From: Halodesulfurarchaeum sp.
GTDB taxonomy: Archaea; Halobacteriota; Halobacteria; Halobacteriales; Halobacteriaceae
Assembly: GCA_034520565.1 (NCBI GenBank)
Contig: JAXHNL010000002.1
Location: 832,001 to 896,000 of the forward strand
Direction: 5' to 3'
DNA: 64,000 bases
Positions 62,169-64,000 of the stretch are shown in pieces (within the stretch, counting starts at the first letter, position 1; every line of letters starts with the position of its first letter). The translations under genes and the position numbers were made by a program. Below the pieces are notes generated by a model, which worked only from the letters and a program-made list of their open reading frames with translations, had not been told where the DNA came from and did not search any database.

Positions 62169-63710
62169 TCAGCTCGTTGTTTCGTCCTTGAGCAGGTAGT
62201 TCGCCGTGTGTTCGCCGCTGATAAGTGTCATCGGCACACCGATGCCCGGCGTCGTGTACGAACCCGTGAAGTACAGCCCATCGAGGGCCGAGGAGCGGTG
62301 ACCGGGGCGGAAGACCGCGGTCTGTCTGAGCGTGTGGGCCAGGCCGAGGGCCGTGCCCTGCATGCTGTTGTACAGCTCCCGATAGTCCGAGACCGAAACC
62401 GAGCGCTCGAAGACGATGCGGTCACGGAGGTCGGTGCCGGTTTCCTCGGCCAGGTCGGCGAGGATCTGCTCCCGGTAGGCCGAGCGAGCGTTCTCGTCGT
62501 CATCGAGGCCGGGGGCGATCGGGACGAGAACGACGAGGGCGCTGTGGCCGTCCGGGGCGACGGTATCGTCGGTCTCGGAGGGGACCGAGACGTAATAGGC
62601 CGGGTCCTCTGGCCACGACGGCTCGTCGAAAATCGTTTCGAAGTGGTCCGACCAATTGCCCGGAAGAACGAGGGTGTGATGGGCCAATTCGGGAACCTCG
62701 CCTTCGACGCCGAGATACAGCATGAAGGCCGAGGGTGCATACGTCCGTGACTCCCAGTAGGCTTCGTCGTACTGCCTGTCCCTCGGTTGGAGCAGTGCCT
62801 GTTCGGTGTGGGCGTAGTCGGCATCCGAGACCACCAGGTCGGCGCGATAGTCTCGGTCCGCCGTGTGCACGGTGAAATTCCCTCGCGATCCACGGACCGC
62901 GGTCACCGGCGTGTCGGTCACGAACTCGACCCCGAGGTCCTCGTTCAGCGTCACCATCGCGTCGACGACGCCGCCGATCCCGCCCTCGGGATAGTACACA
63001 CCGAGGTTGAAATCGACGTGGCTCATCAGGTTGTAGAGGGCCGGCGTATTTCGCGGCGCACCCCCGAGAAAGACGAGGGTGTACTGCATGATCTGGCGGA
63101 GTTTCGGGTGCTCGAAGTACTTCTCGACGTGGTCCTGCATGGTGCCCAGAAGTGTCAACCCCCTGGCGTATTTGGCCAGTCGCGGGTCGAGGAAGTCACG
63201 GATCCGAGACCGGTCTTCGTAAACGAAGTGCTCCATGCCGATCTCGTAGTTTTCCTTCGATTTCGCCAGATAGCGCTCCAACGCGTCCCCGGCCCCGTCC
63301 TCGTAGGCCTCGAAGAGCTCGATCGAGGCCTCGAGATCGGGGGTGATGTCGATGCGGTCGCCGTCGGGATCTTTTTCGAGCCCCGGTGGGTTGCCGTCGG
63401 CTGCTGGACCGACGTTCTCCTTGAAGAAGAGCCGATAGTGTGGGTCGAGGTGTTCGAGTTCGTAGAACGCCGCCGGCGAGCGGTCAAAGTGCCCGAAGAA
63501 CCGCTCGAAGACGTCGGGCATGAGGTACCACGACGGCCCCAGGTCGAAGCGGAACCCATCGGCCTCGAGGACCGCAGCGCGGCCCCCCAACCGCTCGTTT
63601 TTCTCGAGTACGGTCACGTCGGCTCCGGCGTCGGCGAGATACGCGGCCGTCGAGAGGCCACCGAACCCGGCCCCAACGATCACGACGGACCGGCCGGATA
63701 GTGGGTTCAT
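62169..63710 (-). CDS. crtD: Carotenoid 3,4-desaturase / phytoene desaturase family
   Basis: VGAGFGGL, GFRFDLGPSWYLMP, GLAHTLRQTA.FRP, PGIGVPM; first gene of the crtD-lyeJ-cruF operon. Confidence 0.88.
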   Translation of the reverse strand: MNPLSGRSVVIVGAGFGGLSTAAYLADAGADVTVLEKNERLGGRAAVLEADGFRFDLGPSWYLMPDVFERFFGHFDRSPAAFYELEHLDPHYRLFFKENVGPAADGNPPGLEKDPDGDRIDITPDLEASIELFEAYEDGAGDALERYLAKSKENYEIGMEHFVYEDRSRIRDFLDPRLAKYARGLTLLGTMQDHVEKYFEHPKLRQIMQYTLVFLGGAPRNTPALYNLMSHVDFNLGVYYPEGGIGGVVDAMVTLNEDLGVEFVTDTPVTAVRGSRGNFTVHTADRDYRADLVVSDADYAHTEQALLQPRDRQYDEAYWESRTYAPSAFMLYLGVEGEVPELAHHTLVLPGNWSDHFETIFDEPSWPEDPAYYVSVPSETDDTVAPDGHSALVVLVPIAPGLDDDENARSAYREQILADLAEETGTDLRDRIVFERSVSVSDYRELYNSMQGTALGLAHTLRQTAVFRPGHRSSALDGLYFTGSYTTPGIGVPMTLISGEHTANYLLKDETTS

Positions 63711-63762
63711 ACTGCTGCTAACGGGCGGACACCCCAAAAAGCGATGGGCACCGGTAAGGGCG

Positions 63763-64000
63763 TCAATCGAGGTCGAAACTCTCGACCAGGATCGACTCGT
63801 ACACCTCGCCGGCGGTGTAGGTCGGCCCCCCCACCACGTCGATCGTGACCTGGGCGGGGCCGAAGACCGCCGGATCGATCGCCGAGAGGTCCCAGTCGAC
63901 GTGCTCGTAGATGGCTCCGAAGGGCTCGCCGTAGGTGACGGCTGCCGTTGAGGCCACGTCCTCCAGTACCGTGTCGTCCTCGCGGACAGTCAGGTGAACC
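63763..64000 (-). CDS. Hypothetical protein, 3' end (truncated by window)
   Basis: Open acidic frame running off the window edge (…VHLTVREDDTVLEDV…ESFDLD*). Confidence 0.55.
   Translation of the reverse strand, partial: VHLTVREDDTVLEDVASTAAVTYGEPFGAIYEHVDWDLSAIDPAVFGPAQVTIDVVGGPTYTAGEVYESILVESFDLD

Overview
Chromosomal window from a haloarchaeon (Halobacteriales). This rests on the high GC, acidic proteins, archaeal core genes (rps8e, radB, cdc48, carS, SAMP E1/JAMM) and the crtB/cruF/lyeJ/crtD bacterioruberin cluster. The first ~5.6 kb is the AT-rich end of a defence-type island next to the 3' end of a tRNA-Phe(GAA) gene. It holds an Eco57I/type IIG-like N6-adenine methyltransferase frameshifted in a G10 run, an OLD-family ABC-ATPase/TOPRIM nuclease, a decayed IS6 and an orphan membrane protein. 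The rest is mostly housekeeping (mutS-mutL, ilvE, pyrE/F/G, guaAb, thrS, carA/carB, pabBAC, carotenoid genes), with a small accessory block at 16.7-20.1 kb and a hicBA toxin-antitoxin pair. The most unusual non-coding signal is one architecture seen twice, behind tRNA-Phe (5.76-5.93 kb) and behind a protein gene (46.58-46.73 kb): gene 3' end, an inverted copy of part of it, a hairpin capped by a GC-GNA-GC motif, then a direct copy of the gene 3' end. A shared 27-bp palindromic site lies upstream of both carA and carB. Many indels in carA/carB/DUF1684/cdc48 point to local consensus errors, which weakens all frameshift-based claims. All family assignments are from motif recognition, not database searches.
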